A DNA stretch of 64,000 nt. Origin: the human T2T-CHM13v2.0 reference genome, Homo sapiens. Below are positions 1-13,029 of this stretch, in pieces. Every line of letters begins with the position of its first letter. Position 1 is the first letter of the stretch. Under the pieces are notes generated by a model. That model searched no databases, was not told the DNA's origin, and saw only the letters and a program-made list of their open reading frames with translations. The position numbers and the translations under genes were made by a program. The DNA lies in assembly GCF_009914755.1 (NCBI RefSeq), contig NC_060947.1; one strand, 5' to 3'.

Positions 1-547
1 TTTTCTAGCCCCAGAATGTGATACTCCGGAACATAGAGGAAAAGGTATTAAATCTCTCCTCTGTGAGTATGCTTCCTTCAAAGGCCTCCCCCGTTAAGGG
101 CTATTGAAACTTTGAAGTACTGTGGAGCACAATCTGAAAGCTTGTTTATGTTTCTTCTGCAGCTGGCTCACTGATCTCCGTGGACCCAATTTCCACCCTG
201 TAATTAAGCATCTGGATACACTCTGAGTTGCATTACGGGAAATGCTGTTTTGAGAGTATCACATAGTTGAGCAACCACCCTCTGCTTCTCAAAGTGATAA
301 AATGGTGATGAATTGCAAATGCCAGAGTGTTTGATGACCTTTCCAATGATTTTCTTGATTACTGTCCAAACATCCTTGTTACACATATGGCTTCTGTGAA
401 TAGTAAACTATTATAGCAATTTAAATTATTTAAATTAGTATGTGCTCCATGTTTGTTTTTTACATTTTTGGTAATTCAACACTATTTTTCAAATAAATTT
501 ACAATTGTCTTTTCAGAATCTATAGTTTAAACATTTTGTAAACACTT

Positions 548-1595
548 CACAGGTGACAAAATTCCACCTCCATTCTCTTACGGTCCCAGTTGCAACCAAG
601 AATTAAATTGATATAACATATTTTAACAGGAAAAAAACATACAAACTTATTTAATACAAGTTTTATGCAGCACCGGAGCCCTCATTAAGAGATGACAACC
701 CAACAAAACAATCAAACACTTACAAAAAGAATTGGACAAATAATAGTAAGTTGTGAAATGTGACAAAGCAAAGGAGCTTGGTCTAGAGTAGTTAATTGGA
801 AAGATAACTGACTAGAAAGATAAGCATTAGTTCAACAGGTTTGTTTGTACAAAATTCTTTCAGTCTCAACTTCTCATTCTTGATAAGAATGTTATTCCTT
901 GTGGTATTGGAGTACATCTCCCACATGGGAATTTCATGTCTTATATCTACCCAAAGGAAAATAAATCCCTTTATCAAAAAGATACCTGTAACCATATATT
1001 AATCACAGCATTATTTACAATGGCAAAGCCATGGAATCAACATAAGTGTCCATCACAGAAGATTTGATTAAAATTTTGTTATATGTACACAAAGGAACAC
1101 TATTGAGCCACAAAAAATGAAAAGATGTTATTTGCACTAAGATGAATGGAACTGGAGGCCATTATCTTAAGTGAAATAAGCCAGGCACAGAAAATCAAAT
1201 ATTGCATGTTATCACTTGTAAGTGGATGCTAAAAAATGTGTACACAAGGACATACAGAATGGAATGACAGACAACAAAGACTCAGAAAGGTGAGTGGGTA
1301 GGCAAGGGGTGGATGATGAAAAGTGACTTAATGGGTACAATGCACATTATTCAGTTGATGTATATGTAGCTTAAAGCCCTTACTTGACAACTAAACAATA
1401 TATCCATGTAACTAAGTTGCACTTCTAGCTCATAAATTTATACAAATAAAAATAATAAAGAAACAAAACAAAACAAGAAACAGAATACAGGTCTGAGTGA
1501 TCTTCTTGCCACTGCTGTGTTCTTTTAAGTTTCTTTGATTCAAAATAATATGACAGAGCCCCATATTTTGGGGTGCCATATTCTTAACTCCTTCA
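548..1595 (-). mobile_element. ERV1-class solo LTR (MER31/MER67-like), split by an L1PB4 3' fragment (LTR pieces ~548-940 and ~1487-1595)
   Basis: The minus strand starts TGAAGGAGTTAAGAATATGGCACCCCAAAATATG, matching the recalled MER31/MER67-type LTR start. 548-940 resembles the LTR body. Confidence 0.6.
941..1480 (+). mobile_element. LINE-1 3' end (ORF2 tail + 3'UTR), L1PB4-like, 5'-truncated
   Basis: ggaactggaggccattatcttaagtgaaataa, then atgggtacaatgcacattattc and cataaatttatacaaataaaaa, followed by an A-rich tail. Confidence 0.85.
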
Positions 1596-2174
1596 ACAAA
1601 AACCTTTATAAATAGTGAAATTATCATAATTAAATTTGCTACTAATAATGATGGTGTCTACAATGGTGATTGTAGCAGAATGGGAAATATACTTCTATCA
1701 CAACCTGACCAAGTAGCAGCTCTCTGTTATTTACAATTTGAACATGTCCAAACCATTACCATTTCTAGTCTGGTTTGTACTCTTGTAATGATGTATTAGC
1801 ACCTTCTTAAATACCATATTAAGTATGAAATCTCACTCTTGTTTAACAACATTATGTCAGGTTGTTCCAGAATTAGTATTTCTCAAGTTGTGTTCTATGG
1901 AATATTAGTTTCATTTGAATATGTTAAATGAAAATAGATGCTATAGAGAAAGCTTGCTTAGATGATCCAAGAAAAGATGAGAAATGTTACATATTTTGTA
2001 GGCTTGAGAAGTACTGTAGTAAATATATATTTTTATTAACAGAATTTTGCAATTCAGAGCCAAAAGTTTTAATTTTCAATAACATATTTATATCCACATT
2101 GCTTTGATAAACATACTGTTCAATGGCATGGTTTCTTACCCATACATAGAATATTTATGCTTTGAATAACTCAA

Positions 2175-2475
2175 AAATATATTAGAATTTGTCTAGTCCA
2201 ACTTCTTCATTTTACAGATAAGAAAACTTATGCCAAAAGCAATTCCTTTTTTAATTATTTAGTTTGTGTAGCCTTTAAGAAAGGGACTATATTTAGCTAT
2301 TTACAAACTTCGTGTCAGATGGCACATATAAAAATTGCATGTGAAAGATCTTAATATTATTACTATAACCCCATTGTGGAAAAAAAATTCAGGCTTAAAG
2401 TGGTTGAGTTACACATTTATAGCCACAAAACTATTACTTAACAAAGCCAGGTTCAAACTAAGGCTGTCTAACTTA
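2175..2475 (-). mobile_element. MIR fragments
   Basis: MIR core-like cattttacagataagaaaact (~2208) and aggcttaaagtggttgagt...aaagccaggttcaaact. Confidence 0.55.
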
Positions 2476-2481
2476 ATGACA

Positions 2482-2628
2482 TTTTTTTAAACAACTTTAT
2501 GAAGATATAATTCAAATGTCATACGTTTTACCCAAAGTGTAAAATTCAGTGATATTTAATATACTCACAGTGTGCAATCCATCGCCACTATCAAATTTAG
2601 AGTAGCTCACACTCTCAAAGAAACCACA
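2482..2628 (-). mobile_element. Old L1M (L1MB-like) 3' end fragment
   Basis: acaactttatgaagatataattc...aagtgtaaaattcagtgatattt...catcgccactatc is a typical antisense L1MB 3' terminus. Confidence 0.6.
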
Positions 2629-2671
2629 AATGCCCACTGACTTTTTGCATTTCTCTGGTGTTTAAAGTTTC

Positions 2672-3330
2672 TTTTAATTTAATTTTTTAAGTATTAAACT
2701 TTTTCTGGTAAATAATATATATACTTATGAGGTATATGGGATATTTTGATACAGGCATACAATGTGTAATAATTGCATCAGGGTAACTGATGTATCCATC
2801 TCCTCAAGCATTTATCACTTGTGTTACAAACAATCCAATTATATTATTTCAGTTATTTTTAAATGTACAGTTAAATTATTATTGACTATAGTAGTCTTGT
2901 TGTGTTATCAAATGCTAGATCTTCTTCCTATTTTTTGTACCCATTTACACTTTTCCTTCTCTGCCCCTGTACCCTCCACTATCCCTTCACAGACTCTGGT
3001 GACCATCATTCTACTCTCTGTCTCAATGACTTCAATTGTTTTAATTTTTAGCTCCTACAAATAAATGAGAACATGCAAAGTTTATCTTTCTGAACCTGGC
3101 TTATTTCATTTAACATAAAGATATCTGGTTCCTTGCGTGTTGTTGCAAATCACAGGATCTCATTGTTTATAGCTGAATATTACTCTATTATGTCTATGTA
3201 CCACATTTTATTTATTCATTCATCTGTTGATGGACACTTAGATTGCTTCCAAATCTTGACTATTGTGAAAAGTGCTGCAATATACATGGGATTGCAGATA
3301 CCTCCCCAATACACTAATTTTCTTTCTTTC
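2672..3330 (-). mobile_element. L1MA (L1MA3-like) 3' end, 5'-truncated
   Basis: Poly-T head, then gatacaggcatacaatgtgtaataat...tatccatctcctcaagcatttatc...catctgttgatggacacttag. Confidence 0.85.
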
Positions 3331-4239
3331 AAAGTTTTAAGCAGATTGCCTTACTGATGATTTTGTTTATTTTCAGCTTCTGAATTTTACTTTCTTTTTA
3401 AAAATTTTTATTTATTTATTTAATTTTTAACTTATAGTTTCAAGGGTATATTTGAAGGTTTGTTATATAGATAAATTGCAAGTCACACGTGTTTCGTGTA
3501 CAGATTATTTTGTCACCCAGGTAATAAGCATACCACCCCATAGGTACTTTTTCAATCCTCACCTCCCTCCCACACTCCACCCTCCAGTAGCCCCTGGTGT
3601 CTATTGTTCCCTTCTTTGTGTCCACGTGTACTCAATGTTTAGCTCCCACTTACACGTGAGAACATGTAGCATTTTGTTCTCTATTCCTGTTTAGTTTGCT
3701 TAGGATAATGGACTTCAGCTCCATTCAGATTGCTGCAAAATACATGATTTTATTCTTTTTATGGCTGTGTAGTATTCCATAGTGTATGTGTAACACTTTT
3801 TTTTTAAATCCAATTCACCCTTAATGGGCAGTTAGGTTGATTTCAGTCTTTGCATTGTGAATAGTGATGCAGTGAACCTACAGGTGCATGTGTCTTTATG
3901 GTAGAAAGATTTATATTTTTCTGGGAAATATTTATATTCATAGGATTGCTATGTTAAATGGTAGTTCCATTTTTAGTTATTTGAGAAACCTCCAAACTGC
4001 TTTCCGCAATGGCTGAACTAATTTATATTCCCACCAGTAGTGTATAAGCATTCCCTTTTCTCCACAACCTCACTAACATCTGTTATTTTTTGACTTTTTA
4101 ATCATAGCTATTCTGACATGCATGAGATAGTATCGCATTGTGGTTTTGATTTGCATTTCTCTAATAATTAGTGATGTTGAGCATTTCTTCATATGCTTCT
4201 TGGCCACATTTATGTCTTGTTTTGAAAAGTGTCTGCTCA

Positions 4240-5912
4240 CAAACAAACAAAAATTCCATGCTCATTTATAAGAAGAATGAATATCATAAAAATGGTCATA
4301 CTGCTCAAAGCAATTTATAGATTCAATGCTATTGCCATTAAGCTGCCATTGACATTCTTCACTGAACTAAAAAAAAAAAAAAAAAACTACTATAAAATAC
4401 ATATGGAACCAAAAAAGAGCCTGAATAGCCAAGACAATCCCAAGCCAAAAGAACAAGGCTGGAGGATTCAAGCTACCCAACTTCAAACTTTACTACAAGG
4501 CTGCAGTAACAAAAACAGCATGGTACTGGTACAAGAACAGACACAAAGACCATTAGAACAGAACAGAGAACCCAGATATAAGACCACATACCTATAACCA
4601 TCTGATCTTTCACAAACCTGACAAAAGCACTAGGGAAAAGATTCCCTACTTAATAAATAATGCTGGGAGAACTGGCTAGCCATATGCAGAAAATTGAAAC
4701 TGGACCCGTTCATTATACCATGTATAGAAATTAACTCAAGATGGATTGGAATTAAATGTAAAGCCCAAGACTATAAAAACACTAAAAGAAAATCTAGGCA
4801 ATAACATTCACAACATAGGCACGTGCAAAGATTTCATGACAAGGATGACAAAAGCAATTCCAACAAAAGCAAAAATTGAGAAGTGGTATCTAAATAAAGA
4901 GCTTCTGCATAGCAAAAGAAACTATCATCAGGGTGAACAGACAACCTACAGAATGGGAGAAAATTTTTGCAATCTATTTGTCTGACACAGGTCTAATATC
5001 CATCATCTACAAGGAACTTAAACAAACTGAAAAGAAAAAAACCCATTAAAAAGTGGGCAAAGGACATAAACAGACACTTCTCAAAAGAAGACATGCATGC
5101 ACCCAGCAAATATATAAAAAAGTTCAACGTCAGTGATCGTTAGAGAAATGCAAATCTAAACCAAAGTGAGATACCACTTCACATCAGTCATAATGGCTAT
5201 TATTAAAAAGTCAAAAAACAACAGATGCTGGTGAAGTTGTGGAGAAAAAGGAATGTTTGTACACTGTTGGTGGGAGTGAAGATTAGTTCAATCATTGTGG
5301 AAGACAGTGTGGCTATTCCTCAAAGACCTAGAAGCAGAAATGCCATTTGACTTGGCAATCCCATAACTGGGTATATACCCAAAGGAATATAAATCATTCT
5401 GTTATAAAGATAGAAGCATGTGTATGTTCACTGCAGCACTGTTAACAATAGCAAACGCATGGAATCATCCCAAATGCCCATCAATGACAGATGGAATAAA
5501 GAAAATGTCGCAAATATACACCATGGAATACTATCAGCCAGAAAAAGGAACATGATTATGTCCTTTGTGGAGACATGAATGGAACTAGAAGTCATTATCC
5601 TTAGCAAACTAATGCAAAAACAGAAAACAAAGTACCAAATTTTCTCACTTATAAGTGGGAGCTAAATGATGAGAGCATATGGACACATCATGGGGGTACA
5701 ACAGACACGGGGCCTTGCCAGAAGGTGGGGGGTGTGTGGGAGAAAGGAGAGCATCTGGAAGAATAGCTAATGGATGCTGAGCTTAATACCTAGGTGATGG
5801 GATGATCTGTGCAGCAAACCTCCATGGCACACGTTTACCTATCTAACAAACCTGCACATCCTGCACAAGTAACCTTGAACTTAAAAATATAAGTTGGAAA
5901 TCAAAAAAAAAA
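4240..5912 (+). mobile_element. 5'-truncated LINE-1 (L1PA8/8A-like) inserted into the L1PA16
   Basis: ORF2 C-terminal remnants ([24 protein letters not shown]), 3'UTR ggaagaatagctaatggatgctgagcttaatacctaggtgatgggatgatctgtgcagc, and poly-A at 5903-5912. Confidence 0.9.
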
Positions 5913-8900
5913 TCATGTTTTGCACTGTAACTATATACAATTTTTATTTGTATATTTGTATAATTTAATTATACCTCAATAAATCTGAAAAAATAAAAAA
6001 GTGTCTTCGCATGTCCTTTCCCTGGTATTTTATGGGGCTGTTTGTTTTTCACTTGTTAATTTAAATTCCTTGTCGATTCTGGACATTGAACCTCTGACAG
6101 ATGCTTCGTTTACCAATGTTTTACCCTATCCTCTAAGTTGTCTCTTTACTCTGTTGACAATTATTTTGCTGTGCAGAAGCTCTTTTATTTAATTAGATCC
6201 CATTTGTCAATTATTGTTTTTGTTGCATTTGCTTTTGGATTCGTCATCATGAAATCTTTCTCAGGGCCTATGCTTAGAATGGTATTTCTTAAGTTATCTT
6301 CTAGGGTTTTTATGGTTTTAGGTGCTACATTTAAGTCTTTATTCCACTTCGAGTTGATTCTTTATATGGTGTTAGGAAGGGGTCCAGTTTCAATCTTCTG
6401 CATATGGCTAGCCAGTTATCTAGTACCACGTATTAACTAGTGAGTCCTTTTCCTGATTGCTTATTTTTGTTGGCTTTGTTGAACATCAGATAGTTGTAGG
6501 TGTAAGGCTTTATTTCTAGGTTCTCTATTCTGTTCTACTGGTGTATGCATCTTTTACTGTACCAGGGTCATGCTGTTTTGGTTATTGTAGCCTTATGGTA
6601 TAATTTGAAGTTGGGTAATATGATGCCTCCAGCTTTGTTCTTTTTGCATAGGATTGCCTTGGCTATTCAGGCTCTTTTTTGGTTCCATATGAGTTTTAAA
6701 ATGTTTTTTTTTTTCTGATTCTGTAAAGTAAGTAATTGTTAGTTTGATAGGAATAGCATTGAATCTGTAAATTGCTTTGGGCAGTATGACTATTTTAACA
6801 ATGTTAATTCTTCCTATCCATGAACATGGGATGTTTTTCCATTTGTTTGTGTCCTATCTGATTCCTTTAAGCAGTGTTTCATAATTCTCATTATAGTGAT
6901 ATTTTACTTTCCTGGTTTGCTATATTGCTTGGTATTTTACTCTTTTTGTGTCTATTGTGAATGGAATTGTGTTGATTTGGCTTTCAGCTTGGATGTTGCT
7001 GTTGTACAGGCATGGTACTGATTACTGTACATTCATTCTGTATCCCAAAACTTTTCTGAAGTTGTTTATCAGATCAAGGCACTTTTGCCCAGAAACTATG
7101 AGGTTTCTAGGTACACAAGTATATTGTCTGTGAACAAGAATTGTTTGGCTTCCTGTCGTCATATTTGAATGCCTTTTATTTATTTATGTTGCCTCATTGC
7201 TGTGGCTAAGACCTCCAGTACTATGTTGAATAGGAGGGGTGAGAGATGGCATCCTTGTCTTTCTGTTTCTCAAGGGTAATTCTTCCAGCATGTGCCCATT
7301 CAGTGTAATGTTGGCTGTAGTTTTTTTTATAGATGGCTCTTATTATTTTTAAGTATATTTCTTTAATGTCTAGTTTGTTGATGGTTTTTAACATGAAGGA
7401 ATGTTGAGTTTTATCAAAAGCCTTTTCTGCATATATTGATATGATTATGTGGTTTTTGTTCTTAGCTCTGTTAATGTGATGAATCACATTTATTTATTTG
7501 AATATGTTGAAACAATCTTGCATACTTGGGATAAAGCCTACTTGACCGGAATGGATTAGCTTTTTGATGTTCTGCTGGATTAGGTTTGCTACCATTTTGT
7601 TGAAGATATTTGCATCCACATTCATCAAGCATATTGATCTAAATTTTTTTTTAATTGTGTGTCTACTAGGTTTTGGTATCAGGATGATGCTGGCCTCATA
7701 GAATGAGTTAGGAAGGAGTCCCTCCTTCTCAATTTTCTGAAATAGTTTTAGCAGAAATGGTACCAGCTCTTCTTTGTATATCTGATAGAATTTGGCTGTG
7801 AACCCATCTGGTCCCGGGCTGTTTCTGGATATTCTGCTTTTTATTACTGAATCAGTTTTAGAACTCATTATTGACCTGTTCAGGAATTGAATATCTTCCT
7901 GGTTCTATCTTGTGAGGTTGTACATTTCCAGGAATTTATCCATTTTTTTCCAGATTTTCTAGTTTCCATGCATAGAGATGTTCATAGTACTCTCTGATTT
8001 TTTTTTTTTTCTGTGTGGTCAGTGGTAATGTCCCCTTTTGTCATTTCTGAATTTGTTTATTTAGATCATTTTGTTCTTGTTAGTCTAGATAGCAGTCTAT
8101 TTTATTTATTATATAAAACTATCTTGCATTCATTTATGTTTTGTGTGGTTTTCACCTCTTAATTTCTTTCAGTTCAGCTCTGATTACAGTTATTTATTTT
8201 ATTCTGCTAGCTTTGGGGTTGGTTTGCTGTTGTTTCTCTGGTTCCTTTAGGTGTAATGTTAGGTTGTTAATTCGGTATATTTTTAACTTTTTTATGTGAA
8301 CATTTAGTGCTAGAAACTTCCCTCTTACTGTTTTAACTGTGTCTCAGAGATCCTGTTACGTTGTATCTTTGTTCTTATATGTTTAAAATAATTTCTTTAT
8401 TTCTGCCTTAATTTTATTGTGTACCCAAAAGTCATTCAGGAGTAGGTTGTTTAATTTCCATAAAATTGTGCTGTTTTGGGTGATTTTCTTAGTATTGTTT
8501 TCTATTTTTATTGTGCTATGGTCCAAGAGTACAGTTGGTATGACTTCAGTTATTATGAATTTGCTGTGGATTGTTTTATGGCAGATTGTGTGGATTATTT
8601 TAGAGTATGTGCCATGTGCAGCTGAGAATAATGTAAATTCTGTTCTTGTGGTGACAAAATCCCTTAGCATTTGCTTGTCTGAAAAGGACCTTATTTCTCC
8701 TTTGGTTATGAAGCTTAGTTTTGCTGGATATGAAATTGTGAGAATTTTCTTTTTAGGAATGCCGAATATAGGTACACGAGCTCTTCTGGCTTCTAGAGTT
8801 TCTGTGGAAAGGCCTGCTGTTAGTCTAATGCAGTTCCCTTGGTAGGTGACTTTCCCCTTCTCTAGCTGACTTTAACATTTTTTCTTTCATTTCAACCTTG

Positions 8901-9884
8901 GAAAATCTCATGACTATGAGTATTGCATACAGTCTTCTTGAGTAGTATCTCACAGGGATTTTCTGCTTTTCCTGTAGTTGAATGTTGGCATCTCTAATGA
9001 GGTTGGAGAAAATATCATGCACAATATCCTCAAATATGTCTTCCAAGTTGCTTGTTTCCTCTCCTCTTTCAGGGACACCTATGAGTTTGTAGATTTGGTC
9101 TCCTTTCGTAATCTCATGTTTCTGGAAGGCTTTGTTATTCTTCTATATTGTTTTTTCTTTATTTTTGTCTGAGTGAGTTACTTTGGAGATCTGGTTTTTA
9201 AGCTCTGAGATTTTTTTTCCTCAGCTTCATCAATTCTTCTGTTAGCATTTGAGATTTTATTTTGAAACTCTTTAACTGAGTTTTTCAGCTCTGTCATATC
9301 AGTTTGGTTCCTACAAAATGGCAATTTCCTTTTTCATCTCTTGTATTATTTAATTATATTCCTTAGAATCCTTGGATTGGTTTTCAACTTTTTCCTGTGT
9401 CTCAATGATCTTCATTCCCATCCGTTTTCTGATTTCTATTTCTGTCATTTCAGCCATTTTAGTCTGGTTAAGAACCATTGCTGGGAAACTAGTGTGATCA
9501 TTTGGAGGTAAGAAGACTCTGGCTTTTTGAGTTGCCAGAGTTCTTGCACTGGTTCTTTCTCATCTGTGTGGGTGATGGTCCTTCAATCTTTGAATGTACT
9601 GTCCTTCCAATTAGTTTATTTGCTTTTATCTTCTTTGTTGCCCCTGGGGGTTTGATTGCGGAATAAAATGAGTTCAGTTGAATGGTTTTGTTTCTGGAAG
9701 ATTTTAGGTGACCGAAGCTCAGCTCAGCACTCCTGGGCTACCACTGGAAGACTTGTATGGGACAACTCACTAGCTATGTTCTCCAGCACTTCAAGATTAG
9801 GAACCTACTGTACTGGAAGTGCCAAAGAGTTCCTGGACTTCTGGCTAAAATACTCCAATAAGTGGTGCCATAAAAAGTGCTTCA

Positions 9885-10290
9885 CTGGGGCAGTGGCAGT
9901 GGGGTCCAGGCTCATTTGCCCATGACAGCAGCAGTGGCAGTGCAGTGGCTTGCATGCTTGTTGAATGGGGCAGGGCTCTGGCATGCATGGGGATTCCATC
10001 CTCCATGTCTGTGTTCATAGCAGCAGCAGTGGCAGTGTGAACCAGAGTGAAGAGGATGGGGCAACTGGTGTCCATGTGCATGTTCACTCTGGCAGCCATG
10101 TTGGTGCAGATGCAGGACACTGGCAGAGTTCAAGGCTGCCAGCCTCCATGCACATGTTCACACCAGCAGCGGCAGTGGCAGCATGGGGTGGAGATGGGGG
10201 ATGAGGACATTTGCCTCTGTGCCTGAGTTTGCTCCTCCAATGGCAGAAGGGTTGCGGGGGTGTGCTCATTTTGGCAGCAGTGGCATAATG
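9885..10290. repeat. Degenerate tandem array in the L1PA16 5'UTR (cagcagcagtggcagtg / catgtgcatgttcac units)
   Basis: A gcagtggcag motif recurs at ~9890, 9931, 10026 and 10172, and catgttcac recurs. Confidence 0.6.
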
Positions 10291-11599
10291 GGGTGCATGC
10301 ACACACGTACACCAGTGGGGAGAGGAGGCAAGGTCCACCCATGAGTGCACTGGAGACAGCAAAGTGATGGGGCAGTAGCTATCAGCAAATGCATGCTCGC
10401 AAATTTGCTTGGGGGAGGATCTTACGGGAGGCGGTGCAGGTGGGGATGCTGTGTGTTGGTTAGGGCTGCTCTGCTGGAGCTCTGCAACAGTCAGGTGGAG
10501 TTTTCCAGTGCAAGAGCTATAATGCAGGCTCCCAGTAGGCACCCTGGTTGGGCATCCAAGGCTGTACTGCAAGCAAGTGCAGCCTGGCTGGTGCCCTGGG
10601 AGAAGCCAGAAGACAAGGGATTGATTAGATCTGACTGGGCCCATTTCACAGGCGAGACTCCCCCTGCTCTGATCAGGTCCAATAGTTCCCCTATGACTAA
10701 ATTCTCCTAGGGAAGCTTGTTGAGCATTGAGGGGATGGGCATCCCTGGCCTTGCTCCATTGCAGACATTCCTGTACCAAACTGTTTGGGCTCTGAATAGC
10801 CTGGAATCCTGCCCCTGACACCTTTCTAAGAAGCTCTCCCTGGCATCTCAAGTGTCTGTGGGGGTTGTGGGTCTCCTGCTGCCAGGATTCCAGAGGTCCC
10901 TGGTGAGAGGGGGTTACTTCACACCTCCTCAACTCATCCCTTCCCCAGGATTTGCCGGGGGCCAGTAATGAGTCCCAGTGTATGGAAGCCTCCTTTAGGG
11001 GTCCCAGCTACCTCCCTCTTCATCCCAGCAAGTGGGCCCTGTTTCCATCCACTCTCAGTGCCTTCTCTCTGAAGATCTGCTCATAGTGTACCAGTCTTTG
11101 GGATGTCCCAGTCCCTCAGTGACAGATGTTCCTCCTGGCTGTGTGTAGTCTGCCATCTTGGCCCCTACAAAAAAACTGAACTTTACTTTCCTATTTTACA
11201 TGTTTATCACAGTCTTGACTTTTGTTCATTCTCAATGATAAAAAAATTAAAACGAAATGTTATGCTACTGAAAATTTGTCCAATTTGAATATATTTCATC
11301 AAAAGTATAAAAAAAGTACATATATATTTTAATAGCTTTTAATATTAAAACTTTAATATTTATAAAGAATATTTGTGTATTTTCAATATTTAGATTTTAC
11401 AGAAGAAAACATATGTAACTTCTAGGCTAGTATTTACAGAAGGAAATGTATTACTAAGAGCAATTCTTAAGATGTAAATAGAATGGATTCTCTTAAAGTG
11501 TACTTTAATGTGACATAAAGATTGATATTAAGAGTTTTAAAATGCGTAATACATAATTTCAAAAATTAAAAAGCAGACATGGTAACGTCATTATTTACC

Positions 11600-11725
11600 A
11601 ATGCCAAGGGCCTTCACAGCAATTTCATTTAGTGCTCAAATCTTTGTAATACAGTAATTATTATCCTCACAGATGAACAGATTCAGGTTCAGAGAGTTTA
11701 AGTGACCTGAACTAAGACAAATACT
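11600..11725 (-). mobile_element. MIR fragment
   Basis: attattatcctcacagatgaacagattcaggttcagagagtttaagtgacctg is a MIR core. Confidence 0.65.
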
Positions 11726-13029
11726 TTTATTCCAAAGTTTTAACTTCTATTTTAAATATATCTTCATGTTCCATTTTATTAGTCTATTGTTTCTCTTCTA
11801 TTCTTGTTATATTCTCAGCCATTCAGAGTTATAGTTTAATCTTTCCCATTAATTTACGCCTTTAAACTAGATAATGAATCATTCCACTTCTTTATCAGGG
11901 TTCAACAGAATGTACCACACATAATACTATTTATAATATTATTTCTAATCACATACTGCGTGTGGAGAATATATTACTCATTGTTTTGTGGCCCCATAGG
12001 TTAGATATTCTGCTATAACTTTTATTTATTATTCAATCAGGAGAAAAGCAGCTAAATTTTATATACAATTCAGTGATCCTCAAACATATTGTGAAAGCTA
12101 AAATGTAAAAGGACTAATATTAAATTCCTGATAACTAAAAAATCAGCATAGTATATATAAGCCTTTGGGGACATGAAATAAAGGAACATGCTTAAAACGT
12201 GAGGAAATGAGTTGTATCCTACACATAATAATGACAGAGGTTTTTCCCATTGCATTTGAATATAAAGGTTTGCTTTCTAGATGTTTTAAAGGTTTTCAGC
12301 AGCTCATTTAACTATCCTTGAGAGACAAACTAATGCTCTAACTCTATCAGACTTTTTTAGCCTCATACTGACTCTGCTTCTTAATGTGTGGTCTTAAATT
12401 TGCTAAATCAATTGATTAAGCTTAAAGAAAATTTAATTTAAAATGAGGGAGAGCAAAATTAGCACTGGTGAAGGCCTGCTGACTTACTGGCCCAGCATAT
12501 TTAAGTACACTGACTTATGTGGTTAGAGTTGAATATTGGCCAAATGAAGTTTTATGAACTCAAGAAAATTACAGCCACTAACTCTAAGGGTATTATATTC
12601 ACTAAATGTAGTCTTTAGATCAATGGCACCCTTGTGTCCAGTAAATGGACCAGACTGTTTAAATATTGGCTCATATCCTTTATCATGTGTGACTGGATTA
12701 TGAAACTAATTTCCTCAGTAAAGACTTCTCAATATAAATTTAAGTAATTTCTGACTAGGTTTAATATCCACAATAAATATTTTTTAAATCCTTGAGTGTA
12801 TATAGTACCGTTCAAACGAAAAGTTTTCGGTACTTCTCAGGCATTATTTCATTTACTTTCACAATTTCCCACCGGACAATGTGTTTTGCACTGAATTGAG
12901 GATGGGGCACCAATATTTGCTGTTTCTGCTCCTGCTTCTCTACATCTAAGTCTATTAGAGAGTAAGATCACATGAAATTGGGAAGTAAGATTGTTTTGTT
13001 AATTAATTTCTGCTTACATTGCATGGATT

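Larger units (their letters stand above)
3395..11166 (-). mobile_element. Near-full-length decayed LINE-1 (L1PA15/16-like), with a nested L1 at 4240-5996 and an internal deletion at ~8645
   Basis: 3'UTR at 3395-3660. ORF2 remnants include 7494-7868 ([13 protein letters not shown]...[16 protein letters not shown]); ORF1 remnants lie at 8645-9650. The 5'UTR starts AGGGGCCAAGATGGC at 11166. 15-bp TSD: ctgaattttactttc (3380-3394) / ctgaactttactttc (11176-11190). Confidence 0.92.

Noticed and set aside
204-386. 60-aa minus-strand ORF in unique sequence
   Set aside because: It is short, has no recognisable homology and has no supporting signals.
10084-10932. Longest ORF (282 aa, minus strand) and overlapping ORFs
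   Set aside because: It lies in the GC-rich L1PA16 5'UTR, has a non-ATG start and no recognisable domain, and long ORFs occur in several frames there. This is compositional.
12020-12110. Possible exon after attcaatcAG (12040)
   Set aside because: The polypyrimidine tract and donor are weak and the peptide is unrecognisable.
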